This document shows positions 1-10,803 of a stretch of 64,000 nucleotides of DNA, one piece after another. The first letter of the stretch is position 1; each line of letters starts with the position of its first letter. The stretch lies in NCBI GenBank assembly GCA_040217195.1, contig JAVJNR010000004.1, positions 384,001-448,000 of the forward strand, in the 5' to 3' direction. The notes beneath the pieces were generated by a model. The model worked only from the letters and a program-made list of their open reading frames with translations. It was not told where the DNA came from and did not search any database. The stretch comes from Leptospiraceae bacterium (GTDB taxonomy: Bacteria > Spirochaetota > Leptospiria > Leptospirales > Leptonemataceae). The position numbers and the translations under genes were made by a program.

Positions 1-10
1 TGTATGCGAC

Positions 11-1690
11 TTACCGGCTGATATGCAGATAGTTTTGAATCAATAGGTCCACATCATCCCGCGTGGCAGAATGACAAATCTGATCTGCCAGGTCCTGCAT
101 TTCTTTCAATGAGTGGGATTCCAGTTCACGAAATACTCTGTAGGATTGCTTGAAAGAGCCGCTCAGTTCTCGGGCTCCCAGCCCGGCCAGGGCGGATGCG
201 AAACCTTCTCGCATTCCCAGTTGCCCACATACACTTACCGGACGCTCGGTGGATTCAAATACATTCCGGAGTATCCTGAATAGTCCTGGCTCGCGATAAT
301 ACTCTGCAAGAAAGGCCCGGCTGGTGGCAAAACTGTAACGCACAAGATCGTTTGTGCCAATACTAAAAAAGTCAACATACTTGCTCAAGTCCCCTACGCT
401 GAAGCAGGCTGCAGGAGTTTCAAGCATGGCCCCAAGCATTGGTCTTTTCTTCTCGAACAGGTTGTGCACCTGAGGGCGCCATACATCCAGAAAGTCCTGT
501 AAATCGGTAACCGATGAAACCAGAGGAATCAGAATGCCCAGGCGATCCGGCTCCATTCCGGCCTTTTCAGCCCCCAGAAAAATGCACCTCAACTGACTTT
601 CTATGATTCGACGCTCTGCCATCAAATAGGCTGGCCCTCTAAGGCCCCGACTGCTGGCAGAACGGTGCAACGCCGGATGATCTTTGTCCTCGTCCGGGTC
701 TATGAGCCGAAGCACGACCTTGCGATCCTGAAAACAACCAAGCACCTTCGCATAGTAATCTATCTGTCCTGCCTCATCCAGGATCAATTCCGGATGACGC
801 ATGTAGATAAATTCCGTCCTGAACAAACCAACGGATCCGGCCCCCAGAGCGCTGGTACGCTCCGCTCCTTCCAGATCATCAATGTTAACAGATAATTGAA
901 TGGAATGAAAGGCACCGGATGGTCGAGCTTTTCGAGGAAGATCCTCCAGAGCTCTCTTCTGACTTTTATGGATTTCCTTTTCTTCTGGATGAAGGACAAC
1001 TCTACCTTCATGGGCAAGCAGCAGAGCTCGATCCCCCTCTTCCAGATTGCATGCATCTTCGCATCGCACCAGTGTAGGAATGCCCCGATTGCTTGCCAGA
1101 ATGGAAAGATGACCCATGGGTCCTCCACCTTCCAGAACAATGCCTCCCACGGTGCGAATATGCAGCAATGCTGACGGGTCCAGGTCCTGGGCCACCAGAA
1201 TATCGTCTGTTTTTAACCCTTCCAGAAACTTCTGAAATGGAAACCGTTCCCCATCATGGTTTCGGAGCTTCTTTAAAAGACGATGCACCACATCTTCCAG
1301 ATCCGAAACCCTTTCCTTGAATACACCTTCCGGCAAAGCCTCGAAGCCTCGCTTTAAATCCAGGTAGGTGTCTTCCAGGGCCCCTTCTGCATTCATTCCA
1401 AGACTAATAGTTTTTTCGATTGGATCCACAAACATGGGATCCTCGTACATTAAATCCTGGGCTTCAAAGATGGCTTTTAGTTCAGGAGCGAGATCCTGGG
1501 AAATCTCTGCCGTTTCCTTTCTGGCCTGGATCAGGGCTTTCTGGAATCGATCCAGCTCCGCAGGCACCTGTTCTTTACCCACTTCTCTGGCATGGAATTG
1601 TACTGGATGGGATGGGAATTTTCGGATGTTGCCCAGAACTGAGCCTTCCACCGAGCAAAGACCGTAGTATTCCTTTCTAGGGGATTCCAC
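11..1690 (-). CDS. ptsI: Phosphoenolpyruvate-protein phosphotransferase (PTS enzyme I)
   Basis: Phospho-His motif GGPMGHLSILA, plus GLFRTEF, MLETP, FSIGTNDL and SVCG motifs; 559 aa. Confidence 0.9.
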   Translation of the reverse strand: MESPRKEYYGLCSVEGSVLGNIRKFPSHPVQFHAREVGKEQVPAELDRFQKALIQARKETAEISQDLAPELKAIFEAQDLMYEDPMFVDPIEKTISLGMNAEGALEDTYLDLKRGFEALPEGVFKERVSDLEDVVHRLLKKLRNHDGERFPFQKFLEGLKTDDILVAQDLDPSALLHIRTVGGIVLEGGGPMGHLSILASNRGIPTLVRCEDACNLEEGDRALLLAHEGRVVLHPEEKEIHKSQKRALEDLPRKARPSGAFHSIQLSVNIDDLEGAERTSALGAGSVGLFRTEFIYMRHPELILDEAGQIDYYAKVLGCFQDRKVVLRLIDPDEDKDHPALHRSASSRGLRGPAYLMAERRIIESQLRCIFLGAEKAGMEPDRLGILIPLVSSVTDLQDFLDVWRPQVHNLFEKKRPMLGAMLETPAACFSVGDLSKYVDFFSIGTNDLVRYSFATSRAFLAEYYREPGLFRILRNVFESTERPVSVCGQLGMREGFASALAGLGARELSGSFKQSYRVFRELESHSLKEMQDLADQICHSATRDDVDLLIQNYLHISR

Positions 1691-1692
1691 GG

Positions 1693-2610
1693 TTACCTCT
1701 TTCTATGACGGACTATAGACAGGTAGGTTGTATCATCGGCCAGGCCTCGAAGCAATGAGAATCTTCGCATGTCTGATTTTAGCCCGGAAAGAAGACGACT
1801 GAGCTTCTTATCCTTGAGACGAAGGAATGCATTTTTTAATCGATGAACACCGTACATGTCTCCACGGAGACCTCTGGATTCAAAGGCTCCATCGGTATAC
1901 GCAAGCAGCATATCGCCTTTGTCCAGGTTCAGAGAATTTCCCTTGAATTGGAAGTCCTCATAGATACCCACCGGAATATTTCTTTGATCCAGCTCTTCGA
2001 TGATTCCCTCTTTATGCCTGTAAACCAGGATTGGTGGGCTGCCGGCTGCACAGTATTCAACCGTGCCAGAATATAGATCAAGCAACATGACCACAAACGT
2101 TGCAAACTGGTCCTCGCCAAAAAAACTCCGGCTGGCCAGATTGATCTTTTTCATGATTGCGTTGGGAACAATATTCTGCATTCGAATACCCTCCCGAAGT
2201 AAATTTCCCAGCAGAATGGCCAGAATACCGGCCTCCAATCCTTTGCCACTTACATCGCTCAATGTAAGCGCAATTCGACCGTCTGACATGGGAAAAATTC
2301 CATAGAAGTCACCGCTTGTGCGAAACTTGGGTACCGTCAGGCCTGCAATTGTATAGGAACGGGTGGAATATGGCCTGGTTGGGTTCATCCCCAGATCTTT
2401 GCAGATGAACTTGTAGAGATGTTTTTCCTGCAGTATGCGCTTTCGAACCAGGATGTGCCCGGGAGGCTTACCGGTTTCGTTGTACAGATCCACCACTTCC
2501 TGCTTCTTTTCCGGTGTGATCAAACCATGATCCGTCAGCACTTCAAGGATGGCGATCTCATCCAGGCTTCGGATGGCGGTGGCCCTGTTGCTACCGATGC
2601 TGGATTTCAT
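1693..2610 (-). CDS. SpoIIE/RsbU-type PP2C phosphatase with N-terminal MshEN/GspE-N-like helical domain
   Basis: SGDFY, SDVSGKG, YTDG and DDTT metal-binding motifs; N-terminus ILEVLTDHGLIT...GHILVRKRIL resembles the MshEN tandem repeat. Confidence 0.85.
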   Translation of the reverse strand: MKSSIGSNRATAIRSLDEIAILEVLTDHGLITPEKKQEVVDLYNETGKPPGHILVRKRILQEKHLYKFICKDLGMNPTRPYSTRSYTIAGLTVPKFRTSGDFYGIFPMSDGRIALTLSDVSGKGLEAGILAILLGNLLREGIRMQNIVPNAIMKKINLASRSFFGEDQFATFVVMLLDLYSGTVEYCAAGSPPILVYRHKEGIIEELDQRNIPVGIYEDFQFKGNSLNLDKGDMLLAYTDGAFESRGLRGDMYGVHRLKNAFLRLKDKKLSRLLSGLKSDMRRFSLLRGLADDTTYLSIVRHRKR

Positions 2611-2781
2611 AGTTGCTTTCCGATTCTATTTCTCTCACAGGGTCACGCTACTAATCCGATGGCCTGGCCATTCAGATCCAATGTTCCCCAATTATAAAGA
2701 CTCGAAAAATCCAGAAATCTAGCAAAATGGGGACTAAAATTTTGTGTACAAATCACGGGCCTAAAGGTCAGACTCGCAATA

Positions 2782-4140
2782 ATGTCAGAAGATTCAAGAA
2801 AAGATCATCTGCTCGTATTGAACAAGTACAATACGATCTTGAATCAAATGGATCCCATGCGCCCCCTGGGCAAGGTGATCCAGGTGAGTGGTCAGACTAT
2901 ACTTTCATCCGGGCCTCCGGATACCTCCATTGGACAGATCTGTAAGGTGGAATCCTCTGACGGTACGTCAATTCTCACAGAGGTAACCGGGTTCAAAGGA
3001 CATGACCTGGTGCTGGTGGCCCTGGGGCCTACCACTGGAATTTTTCCGGATTCCATGGTACATGCCACCGGTCAGCGAATGACCATACATGTGGGTAATG
3101 AAATGCTGGGTCGGGTCCTGGATGGCCTGGGTCGCCCTCTGGACGATGGTCCACCGATTCTTACAGGTAATGTTTTCCATGCAGAACGAAATGCTCCAGG
3201 TCCCACGCAGAGAGTGCCCATCCATGAACCATTGCCCACCGGTGTACGGGCTATTGACTCGGTGCTCACTGTAGGACGAGGTCAGAGGATTGGTATATTC
3301 GCCGGTACCGGCGTGGGTAAATCCACGCTACTTGGAATGCTGGCCAGATACACCAGGGCCGATGTCAACATTGTCTGTCTGGTGGGAGAACGTGGACGGG
3401 AAGTAAGGGAATTCATTGAACGAGATCTGGGCAAGGAAGGATTGGCGCGAAGCGTAGTATTCGTAGCCACCAGCGATCGCAGTTCCATGGAAAAGGTGTA
3501 TGCGGCCAGTTTCGCCACAGCCACCGCTGAATTCTTTCGAGACCAGGGGCTAACTGTTAATCTACTCATGGATTCCGTCACACGATATTGTATGGCCCTT
3601 AGAGAAATTGGAATTACCACTGGCGAACAGCTCGGCCCTGGAGGGTATCCCCCTGGTGTATGGTACAAACTCAGCCGATTGGTGGAGCGATCCGGTGCCA
3701 TCACTGGAGGAAATATTACCGGCTTTTATACGGTCCTTGTGGAAGCGGACGATATGAATGACCCGGTGGCAGACAGTACACGGGGTATGCTGGATGGTCA
3801 CATTGTTCTTTCCCGCCGATTGGCCAGTCGCAACCATTATCCATCCATTGAAGTAACGGAATCCGTCTCAAGGGTGATGGATAACGTTGTAGAACCAGAA
3901 CATAAAGAAAATGCCCGTCGGTTGCGAGCCTTGCTGGCCGCCTACCGAGAAAATGAAGATATTATTAATCTGGGAGCCTATGCCAGAGGCTCCAACTCCG
4001 ATGTGGATCGATCCATCGACCTTATGCCTGCCATCAATGCATTTCTTCGCCAGAGAGTTGAAGAAGGAATTCCCTTTGAAGAAACCATAGCAGGTCTGCA
4101 GCGTCTGGTGCATGCTGGAGAAGAGGAGGAGCTGTATTAA
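2782..4140 (+). CDS. fliI: Flagellar type III export ATPase FliI
   Basis: Walker A GTGVGKST, GERGREV, DSVTR, DGHIVLSR; followed by fliJ. Confidence 0.95.
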   Translation: MSEDSRKDHLLVLNKYNTILNQMDPMRPLGKVIQVSGQTILSSGPPDTSIGQICKVESSDGTSILTEVTGFKGHDLVLVALGPTTGIFPDSMVHATGQRMTIHVGNEMLGRVLDGLGRPLDDGPPILTGNVFHAERNAPGPTQRVPIHEPLPTGVRAIDSVLTVGRGQRIGIFAGTGVGKSTLLGMLARYTRADVNIVCLVGERGREVREFIERDLGKEGLARSVVFVATSDRSSMEKVYAASFATATAEFFRDQGLTVNLLMDSVTRYCMALREIGITTGEQLGPGGYPPGVWYKLSRLVERSGAITGGNITGFYTVLVEADDMNDPVADSTRGMLDGHIVLSRRLASRNHYPSIEVTESVSRVMDNVVEPEHKENARRLRALLAAYRENEDIINLGAYARGSNSDVDRSIDLMPAINAFLRQRVEEGIPFEETIAGLQRLVHAGEEEELY

Positions 4141-4747
4141 ACGCTTCCGTTTTTCGCTGGAATCTCTTCTGCGCATTCGCGGACATGAAGAGAAAATGGC
4201 CATGGCCGAGCTGGCCAGGGTTCTGGAAAAAGTAAACCTCAGCGAAGAGAAAAGAAAGAAAGCAGTGGAAAACTATCGATCCGAAGTAGAACAATTCAGT
4301 CGCGAACAGAAAGAAAGCTTCAGGCTGGAACTATTTCAAATGTACGACCGCTACCTGGAGAGGCTGGAAGCTGAGCAGGATCAGGCAAAAGAAGAACTGG
4401 AAGCCATGCGACCAGCCCTGGAAGCGGAACAGGAAAAGGTCCGGGAAGCCCGTAGAAAAAAAAGGGCCCTGGAATTATTAAAGGAACGTCGAAAAGAACT
4501 ATATGACCTGGAAGTAAGGCGTCAGGAAAAGAAAGAACTGGAAGAAATCAACGCAAAGGCTTTCCAGGCATCTCTGTTCGGCGAAGCAAGCTCCAGCAAG
4601 AGAACCTTTGAAGACCAGGATCAAACAGAAGATACAAATCAAGATCTGCGAGCCAGAAGGGAAGAAGAGCTTAAAGATTTCTACAGACAAATGGGCATGC
4701 CAGTGGACGATCAGGATCCTACGGCCGGGGATGAAGATAGGGGATAA
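4112..4747 (+). CDS. fliJ: Flagellar export protein FliJ (true start possibly ATT at 4136)
   Basis: KRFRFSLESLLRIR N-terminus, coiled coil, EKKELEE motif, position directly after fliI. Confidence 0.85.
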   Translation: MLEKRRSCIKRFRFSLESLLRIRGHEEKMAMAELARVLEKVNLSEEKRKKAVENYRSEVEQFSREQKESFRLELFQMYDRYLERLEAEQDQAKEELEAMRPALEAEQEKVREARRKKRALELLKERRKELYDLEVRRQEKKELEEINAKAFQASLFGEASSSKRTFEDQDQTEDTNQDLRARREEELKDFYRQMGMPVDDQDPTAGDEDRG

Positions 4748-4749
4748 AT

Positions 4750-5400
4750 ATGAGTCGTTTTTCAGCTAAAGTGCGCATCGTCTACCTGACCCTGGTCATT
4801 TTATTCACCGGAGGAGTCTTTCTTTATCTGCTAGATACCTGGGGAGTCATTCGCCTGGAGGAGAAGTTACCTTTCCTGGCATCCGACCCGCCCCGGGCTC
4901 CTCTTTCCGAAGACAGTCAAACTCTACTGGATAAAGAAGCTCTGGAAAAACAGGAAGAGAAGTTAAAAGAAAAAGAGCTGGAATTGCAAGAAATGCAGGA
5001 GACTCTTCAGCAAAGACAGGAAGCGCTCAAGCAGGAACAACAGAAGCTGGAAGAAGCAAGAGAAGGATTGAAAGAAGCCAGAAGCCAGCTGGAACGTGAA
5101 TCGGAAGCCCGCCAGACCAGAGATGAAAAGATACAACAAATGGCCGAGCGACTGGGAGCCATGCCTCCGGATGATGCCGTAGCCATTGTCCGCGGCTGGA
5201 GCAATGTAGATGTGGTGGATGTATTCGTTCAAATGGAGCGAAATGCAGAAGAAGCCGGAGAACAATCCATTGTTCCATTTTTGATCACCAAGCTTCCCAG
5301 AGAAAGAGCCTCATTGATTACGACTCTGATGATGGATGCTGTGGCGGAACGATTGCCCAATTCGCAGCCCGAAGAACCTGAACCTCAGCAAGAGCAATAG
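4750..5400 (+). CDS. flbB: Periplasmic-flagellum collar protein FlbB (YlxF/MotE-like)
   Basis: N-terminal TM helix, long coiled coil, MPPDDAVAI motif; fliI-fliJ-flbB order typical of spirochaetes. Confidence 0.75.
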   Translation: MSRFSAKVRIVYLTLVILFTGGVFLYLLDTWGVIRLEEKLPFLASDPPRAPLSEDSQTLLDKEALEKQEEKLKEKELELQEMQETLQQRQEALKQEQQKLEEAREGLKEARSQLERESEARQTRDEKIQQMAERLGAMPPDDAVAIVRGWSNVDVVDVFVQMERNAEEAGEQSIVPFLITKLPRERASLITTLMMDAVAERLPNSQPEEPEPQQEQ

Positions 5401-5495
5401 TTACAAAGAGTGGAACGCAGGCGCCAACATCGACCGAGAGATACTACCTGCGCCGCCGCCCAGGCAACCGGGGCCTCCGAAGTAGCACCATCCAC

Positions 5496-5525
5496 TTGAC
5501 GGCCACCGGGCCTGGTCTTTAAACT
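5496..5525 (+). promoter_or_regulatory. Sigma70-like promoter, probably leaderless
   Basis: TTGACG-18 bp-TAAACT, 5 nt before ATG 5531. Confidence 0.5.
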
Positions 5526-5530
5526 CCATT

Positions 5531-6034
5531 ATGCCTCGCGGTTCATTCTTTGCCTTGATTCCTATTTTCCTTCTTTGCGTTGCCTGTTCCGAAAGGCCGA
5601 TGACTGGAGCAGATCTAAATGCTCTTTTTCTGGATTATGATCGGGGAGTACTTTCCGGAATCGAACCTGGAGACAGCTGGCCGGAGGCTCGAAAAAAACT
5701 CCACTCCTCCTGGAAGCTGGAGTCGCAGCAGCTCAGTTCGGTGCGATACGGAGATAATCTGTACGACATAGATGAAAATCGATGCTTTCTTGAAGTTCAG
5801 CTCGAGAATGATCGAGTGGTTGCTCTGGAAGCGGGCATTTTTGGCCAGGACAGAGATCTGACAGTACTAACTGAATTCTATGCGGATCTAGAAAGGCACA
5901 TTGCCAGTCTTTCCCCCGAGGGGGAGGAAGGTTGGTACTCCCTGAAAAGAAACGGTAAAACCTATCAGATTCACAGCAATTTCTCTCGATCTGGATCGGA
6001 ACCTTATATAAGTATCCGTATCTTCCCCAGGTAA
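5531..6034 (+). CDS. Hypothetical lipoprotein
   Basis: Signal peptide with lipobox CVAC; 167 aa ORF between flbB and aroC. Confidence 0.65.
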   Translation: MPRGSFFALIPIFLLCVACSERPMTGADLNALFLDYDRGVLSGIEPGDSWPEARKKLHSSWKLESQQLSSVRYGDNLYDIDENRCFLEVQLENDRVVALEAGIFGQDRDLTVLTEFYADLERHIASLSPEGEEGWYSLKRNGKTYQIHSNFSRSGSEPYISIRIFPR

Positions 6035-6080
6035 ACCCGGAAGGGCTTGCCAAAGGGAAAGCCTGAACGAACTTGAATCT

Positions 6081-7238
6081 GTGTCTTCAACCACCGGTAC
6101 ATTGTTCAAAATAACAACCTTCGGCGAATCCCATGGCCCCGGCGTAGGAGCTGTGGTGGATGGATGCCCCGCTGGATTGAAAATCGATACGGCCCGAATA
6201 CAGCGGCAACTTACTCGCCGTAGACCAGGACAAGGAAAGCTTTCTACCCCAAGACAGGAAGCAGATGAATTTGAAATTCTCTCCGGTGTGTATGAAGGGA
6301 TTTCCCTCGGCACTCCAATCGCATTTTTTGTTCGAAATACAAATGCTAAAGGCAACGATTATATGCGCTGGGCAGATATTTATCGACCCAGCCATGCAGA
6401 CTACACCTATCATATAAAATACGGATACCGAACTCCTCTGGGCGGAGGCCGGGCCTCTGTAAGAGAAACGATCGGAAGAGTGGCTGCTGGCGAGCTGGCA
6501 GCACAGATTCTTGAGCAAGAGCTGGGAATTCGAACCGTTGCCTGGGTAAACTCCATAGGCCAGGTGGACTCGCCCGTTATGGATAATCCTCCCGGTTCCG
6601 TGGATGAAGTGGATCAAGTGGAGGTACGTTGCCCTCATCTTCCATCTGCAGAAGCGATGGTAAAGGAAATCGAAGCTGCCAAACTGGATGGAAATTCGGT
6701 GGGAGGCACCATCGGAGCCATAGTCTATAACGTACCTCCTGGTCTCGGTGATCCGGTGTTCGATAAACTGGAAGCGGATCTGGCCCGGGCCTGTATGAGC
6801 ATTCCAGCCTGTAAGGGCTTTGAATCCGGCAGTGGCTTTTCAGGCACCAGATTAAGAGGCAGCGAGCATAACGATATTTTTGAACCACAGGACCCGCCTC
6901 CCAGTCCAGGTGTTGTGCCTGGAATTGAAGGAGTTCCTACCGTCAGGACCAGCTCAAATCGGTCCGGTGGAATTCAGGGAGGGATCTCCAACGGAATGCC
7001 CATAACAATGCGTCTGGCATTCAAGCCCACAGCCACCATCAAGAAAAGACAGGACTCAGTAAATGAAGATGGAGAAATCGCTTCCCTGCGCGCGGGAGGC
7101 CGTCATGATCCATGCGTTCTGCCCCGTGCTGTTCCCATTGTAGAGTCGGTGATCAACCTTACCTTGATGGATGCCTACCTTCGGCAGAGAGCGGCAAGAC
7201 CGGAATGGTGGGAACGGTTTAAGAAGTCTAACGATTAG
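6081..7238 (+). CDS. aroC: Chorismate synthase
   Basis: [27 protein letters not shown] and GRHDPC motifs. Confidence 0.97.
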   Translation: MSSTTGTLFKITTFGESHGPGVGAVVDGCPAGLKIDTARIQRQLTRRRPGQGKLSTPRQEADEFEILSGVYEGISLGTPIAFFVRNTNAKGNDYMRWADIYRPSHADYTYHIKYGYRTPLGGGRASVRETIGRVAAGELAAQILEQELGIRTVAWVNSIGQVDSPVMDNPPGSVDEVDQVEVRCPHLPSAEAMVKEIEAAKLDGNSVGGTIGAIVYNVPPGLGDPVFDKLEADLARACMSIPACKGFESGSGFSGTRLRGSEHNDIFEPQDPPPSPGVVPGIEGVPTVRTSSNRSGGIQGGISNGMPITMRLAFKPTATIKKRQDSVNEDGEIASLRAGGRHDPCVLPRAVPIVESVINLTLMDAYLRQRAARPEWWERFKKSND

Positions 7239-7334
7239 ATCCGGACTGCAATGGTTGCTGTGCTACTGCCCCGGTTCCAGAACATAGCTCTGTAACATTG
7301 AATCGAAGTCTGGACCGAATTCCATTGAAAAGGA

Positions 7335-7362
7335 TTGACCGGTAGATTAAAACGTTCACAAT
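7335..7362 (+). promoter_or_regulatory. Sigma70-like promoter, probably leaderless
   Basis: TTGACC-16 bp-CACAAT, 6 nt before GTG 7369. Confidence 0.5.
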
Positions 7363-7368
7363 TCCGTT

Positions 7369-8619
7369 GTGATTCGGAAACCAGTATTTATCTACCTTAC
7401 TGTCATTCTAACCTCCGTTCTAATATTCCAATGCAAACAGGAAGAAGAACCCGTACAGCCTGAAGTAATCCTTCCGGAATTTCAGAAATCCCTGGAAGAG
7501 AGCTATTATTTTTATCCAGATGTAGATTTTAAATACAGTCTGAATGAAGTCTATGCTCGCTCATTGAAGCAGGTCACCGGATATGATAAAAGCATGGTGG
7601 ACATGGAAACAGCCATCAAGCAATTGCAGGCCGCCGGTTCCGATGCCCGGTCCGTATCGGATAAAACCATGGAGTTTCTGAACGGAGTAACAATGCGCCT
7701 GCCGGATCAATCCAGTTATTTTATTGATCCCAGCTCATTAAGTCTTCTTGAGGACTCTTCGCGCAAAGCAGGTACTGGAATTGTAATTCGTCTGGATGAC
7801 AATGGAGCCATAAGGATCGTAGATGTACTGGATGGTTCACCGGCTCAGAGAAAGGGACTGCCTGCTGGAAGCATTATTCAATCCGTGGATGGCGAACCGG
7901 TAGACGGACTGAGCGTGGAAGGTGTGGCCGCAAGAATTCGAGGCCCTCTAGATTCGGAAGTGGAACTGGTGCTGGATGGTAAAAGCTATGTACTTGTGCG
8001 ATCTCAATTTCCCAGTCCCACTCCAACGCGCAATACCTGGGAAGTGGGCGATAAGAAAGTTCTGGTAATCCAGCTTCGGTCTGCACTGAGCGGGGCTGCA
8101 GATGAACTAAAACGAATGCTCAGCGGAAGCGAAGAGGCTCAAGCCCTGGTGCTGGATTTAAGAAAGCTAAATTTTGGTGAATTCGATGAAGTATTTCGCA
8201 TGGCCGATCTATTCATAGCCCAGGGAAATCTGGGATCCATCGAAGAGCGCAACAACGAAAAGAAAACCTATCAGGCTTCTTCTGAGAGAGTATATGCGGG
8301 TCCGATCTATGTTCTTGTAGGAAATTCCGCTTCTCCGTTTTCCGAGGTACTGGCTGCCAGTCTTTCTGGCTCTCCCAACGTTACCCTGGTCGGTCCACGA
8401 TTAAAGGGAAATGCTTTTACTGCAAGTTCCGTTCGTCTGGGTTCCGGATTGCTAAGACTTACCACAGGCGTAATTCGCGGTCCGGATGGCACCGCCCTTC
8501 ATTTAACTGGAATCCCAACGGACATTGTGACCCCGGATTATTTGCCTCTTTCCGCTCCCATGTCATCTCCGGCCATCGAGGATCCGGCTCACCAGGCAGT
8601 GACAGAAGCACTGAAGTAG
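7369..8619 (+). CDS. PDZ-containing S41 (CtpA-like) peptidase-family lipoprotein with degenerate active site
   Basis: Lipobox IFQC; PDZ (GTGIVI...GSPAQRKGL...IRGP); LVLDLR, SASPFSE, GIPTDI. Confidence 0.8.
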   Translation: MIRKPVFIYLTVILTSVLIFQCKQEEEPVQPEVILPEFQKSLEESYYFYPDVDFKYSLNEVYARSLKQVTGYDKSMVDMETAIKQLQAAGSDARSVSDKTMEFLNGVTMRLPDQSSYFIDPSSLSLLEDSSRKAGTGIVIRLDDNGAIRIVDVLDGSPAQRKGLPAGSIIQSVDGEPVDGLSVEGVAARIRGPLDSEVELVLDGKSYVLVRSQFPSPTPTRNTWEVGDKKVLVIQLRSALSGAADELKRMLSGSEEAQALVLDLRKLNFGEFDEVFRMADLFIAQGNLGSIEERNNEKKTYQASSERVYAGPIYVLVGNSASPFSEVLAASLSGSPNVTLVGPRLKGNAFTASSVRLGSGLLRLTTGVIRGPDGTALHLTGIPTDIVTPDYLPLSAPMSSPAIEDPAHQAVTEALK

Positions 8620-8681
8620 AAGCCTGCTTTGTTTTATCTGAAAACCCGGGGCAAGTTCTCCGGGCCGCCCCTGAGACAGGA

Positions 8682-9134
8682 TTAATCCTGTTTTTTTCGA
8701 TTGTAGCCCGGTGGTAGAGGTGCATCGAGAAAACTTCGCTCCGGATGATATCCATCCAGGTAAATGCGAATTGCATCCGGAGGGTCTTCCAGGATTTCTT
8801 CCAGCTCGGAGGCAGGTTCAGGAGGAGAAATCAAATAAACATCCAGCCAGTGGTTATCGTAGCCGGGAACTGTCTTTTCGAATTCAAAATCCACGGACCT
8901 GGAATTAGTCTGCAGGGATTGTAGATAGTCCAGTTGGGCCTGGAATCCATTCAACCTGATAGGTTGCTCCACACTTCCAGCACTATAAGCCGGAAGGTTC
9001 TGTACAGACTGGCAGGAAGGAATGATTAGCAATCCAAAAGCAGACAGAATCAGGGGCTTCCACAAAGAAGGCCAGGCCAGGCTTTTCCGATACCGGCCCC
9101 TGGAGGCAAATAAGATGTATCTGCTTTGATCCAT
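8682..9134 (-). CDS. Hypothetical lipoprotein
   Basis: Hydrophobic stretch ending IIPSC; lies downstream of purH. Confidence 0.55.
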   Translation of the reverse strand: MDQSRYILFASRGRYRKSLAWPSLWKPLILSAFGLLIIPSCQSVQNLPAYSAGSVEQPIRLNGFQAQLDYLQSLQTNSRSVDFEFEKTVPGYDNHWLDVYLISPPEPASELEEILEDPPDAIRIYLDGYHPERSFLDAPLPPGYNRKKQD

Positions 9135-9173
9135 GGTTTTTCATCGGCTTCCGGATAAGACCGGGAAACCAGA

Positions 9174-10787
9174 TCAATGTCGAAAATGGCGCATTCCGGT
9201 AAAGACCATGGCCACACCCTGCTCATCGGCTGCTGCAATTACCTCTTCGTCTCTTACAGAGCCACCTGGTTGTATTACCGCTGTTGCTCCTGCCTGGGCC
9301 AGAATGTCCAGACCATCCCTGAATGGAAAAAATGCATCGGAAGCAGCGGCAGAGCCATGTAGATCGATTTCCAGTTTCTTTGCTTTGGACATGGCAATCT
9401 CAGCCGCATCCACCCGGCTCATCTGGCCGGCACCAATAGCCAGACTTTCGGATGCACCGGTGAAAACTATGGCATTAGATTTTACATGCTTAACGAGTCT
9501 CCAGGCAAATCGCATTGCCTGCCATTCGCGGCTGTCCGGTTGTCTTTTGGAGACCACTTTCCACTGATCCTGATCATTGTAGGTAATATCAAGATCCTGC
9601 AGCAATATTCCATCGTGTACCTGACGAATCTCCTTTTGAGATTCAAGAAAACGATCCGGTCGATCCACTCTCAGCAATCGAAGGTTTTTCTTCGCAGAGA
9701 AAATAGTAACTGCTTCTTCAGAGAAGTCCGGAGCCACAATTACCTCCGCGAACTGCTCCGCTATTTTCTCCGCAAGGTCTTTCTCTACCCTGGCATTGAT
9801 GGATATAACTCCGCCAAAGGCACTGATTGGATCACAGGCCCTGGCACGAAGGAATGCATCGGTAATACCATCCGCGCTACCTGCGCTGGCCACTCCACAG
9901 GGATTTAGATGCTTAACAATGGCCACGCCAGAATCTGGAAGGGAAAGAGAACACATAAGTGCAGAACTTGTATCCAGTAGATTGTTAAACGATAGCTCCT
10001 TTCCTTGCAGTTGCTCCGTCCCTGCAATTCCCATTTGCTTTTCCCTTTCCAGTGCAAGGGCCGGGCGATAGAAGGCAGCTTTCTGATGAGGATTTTCACC
10101 GTATCGTAAATCGGTCTGTTTGCGAAAACTTAGATTTAATATGGGCGGGAATTCATCCACGGAGTTATGGTCCGCTCTCTGCTCGGCACTGTCTTCGGCC
10201 AGAAGTGTACGATGAAAATAATCAGCAATTAAAGCATCGTAGGCGCCAGTATGAGCGTAGGCGGCTCCGGCCAGACGCCGGGCCGTATCCGCGGAAATAG
10301 CTCCCAGGGAATTTATCTCGGTCTGGACAGCCCCATATTCAGAAGGGTCACATACAACAGCGCAGAAACCATGGTTCTTGGCTCCTGCACGAATCATGGC
10401 CGGGCCACCAATATCTATGTTTTCAATACAGGTAGAGAAATCCTTTCCGGAAGCTACGGTGGCGGCGAACGGATACAGGTTAACGACTAAAAGGTCAATT
10501 CCTTCAATTCCGTGTTCTTTCATGGAAGCCGCATGTTCTGGATTGTCACGCAATGCCAGTAGACCTCCATGGACCATGGGATGCAAAGTTTTAAGTCTTC
10601 CATCCATCATTTCTGGAAATCCAGTCACCTGATCCACGGCCTTCACCGGTATTCCAGCTTCGGAAATCGCTTTTAAGGTTCCACCGGTGGATATTATTTC
10701 CACACCCTGACTGTGCAGAAATCCGGCAAATTCGGTAAGACCGGATTTATCGCTTACTGAGATGAGTGCTCTTTTTACTGTTATCAT
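9174..10787 (-). CDS. purH: Bifunctional AICAR formyltransferase / IMP cyclohydrolase
   Basis: [40 protein letters not shown]. Confidence 0.98.
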   Translation of the reverse strand: MITVKRALISVSDKSGLTEFAGFLHSQGVEIISTGGTLKAISEAGIPVKAVDQVTGFPEMMDGRLKTLHPMVHGGLLALRDNPEHAASMKEHGIEGIDLLVVNLYPFAATVASGKDFSTCIENIDIGGPAMIRAGAKNHGFCAVVCDPSEYGAVQTEINSLGAISADTARRLAGAAYAHTGAYDALIADYFHRTLLAEDSAEQRADHNSVDEFPPILNLSFRKQTDLRYGENPHQKAAFYRPALALEREKQMGIAGTEQLQGKELSFNNLLDTSSALMCSLSLPDSGVAIVKHLNPCGVASAGSADGITDAFLRARACDPISAFGGVISINARVEKDLAEKIAEQFAEVIVAPDFSEEAVTIFSAKKNLRLLRVDRPDRFLESQKEIRQVHDGILLQDLDITYNDQDQWKVVSKRQPDSREWQAMRFAWRLVKHVKSNAIVFTGASESLAIGAGQMSRVDAAEIAMSKAKKLEIDLHGSAAASDAFFPFRDGLDILAQAGATAVIQPGGSVRDEEVIAAADEQGVAMVFTGMRHFRH

Positions 10788-10803
10788 TTACTTACTCCCA
10801 AAA

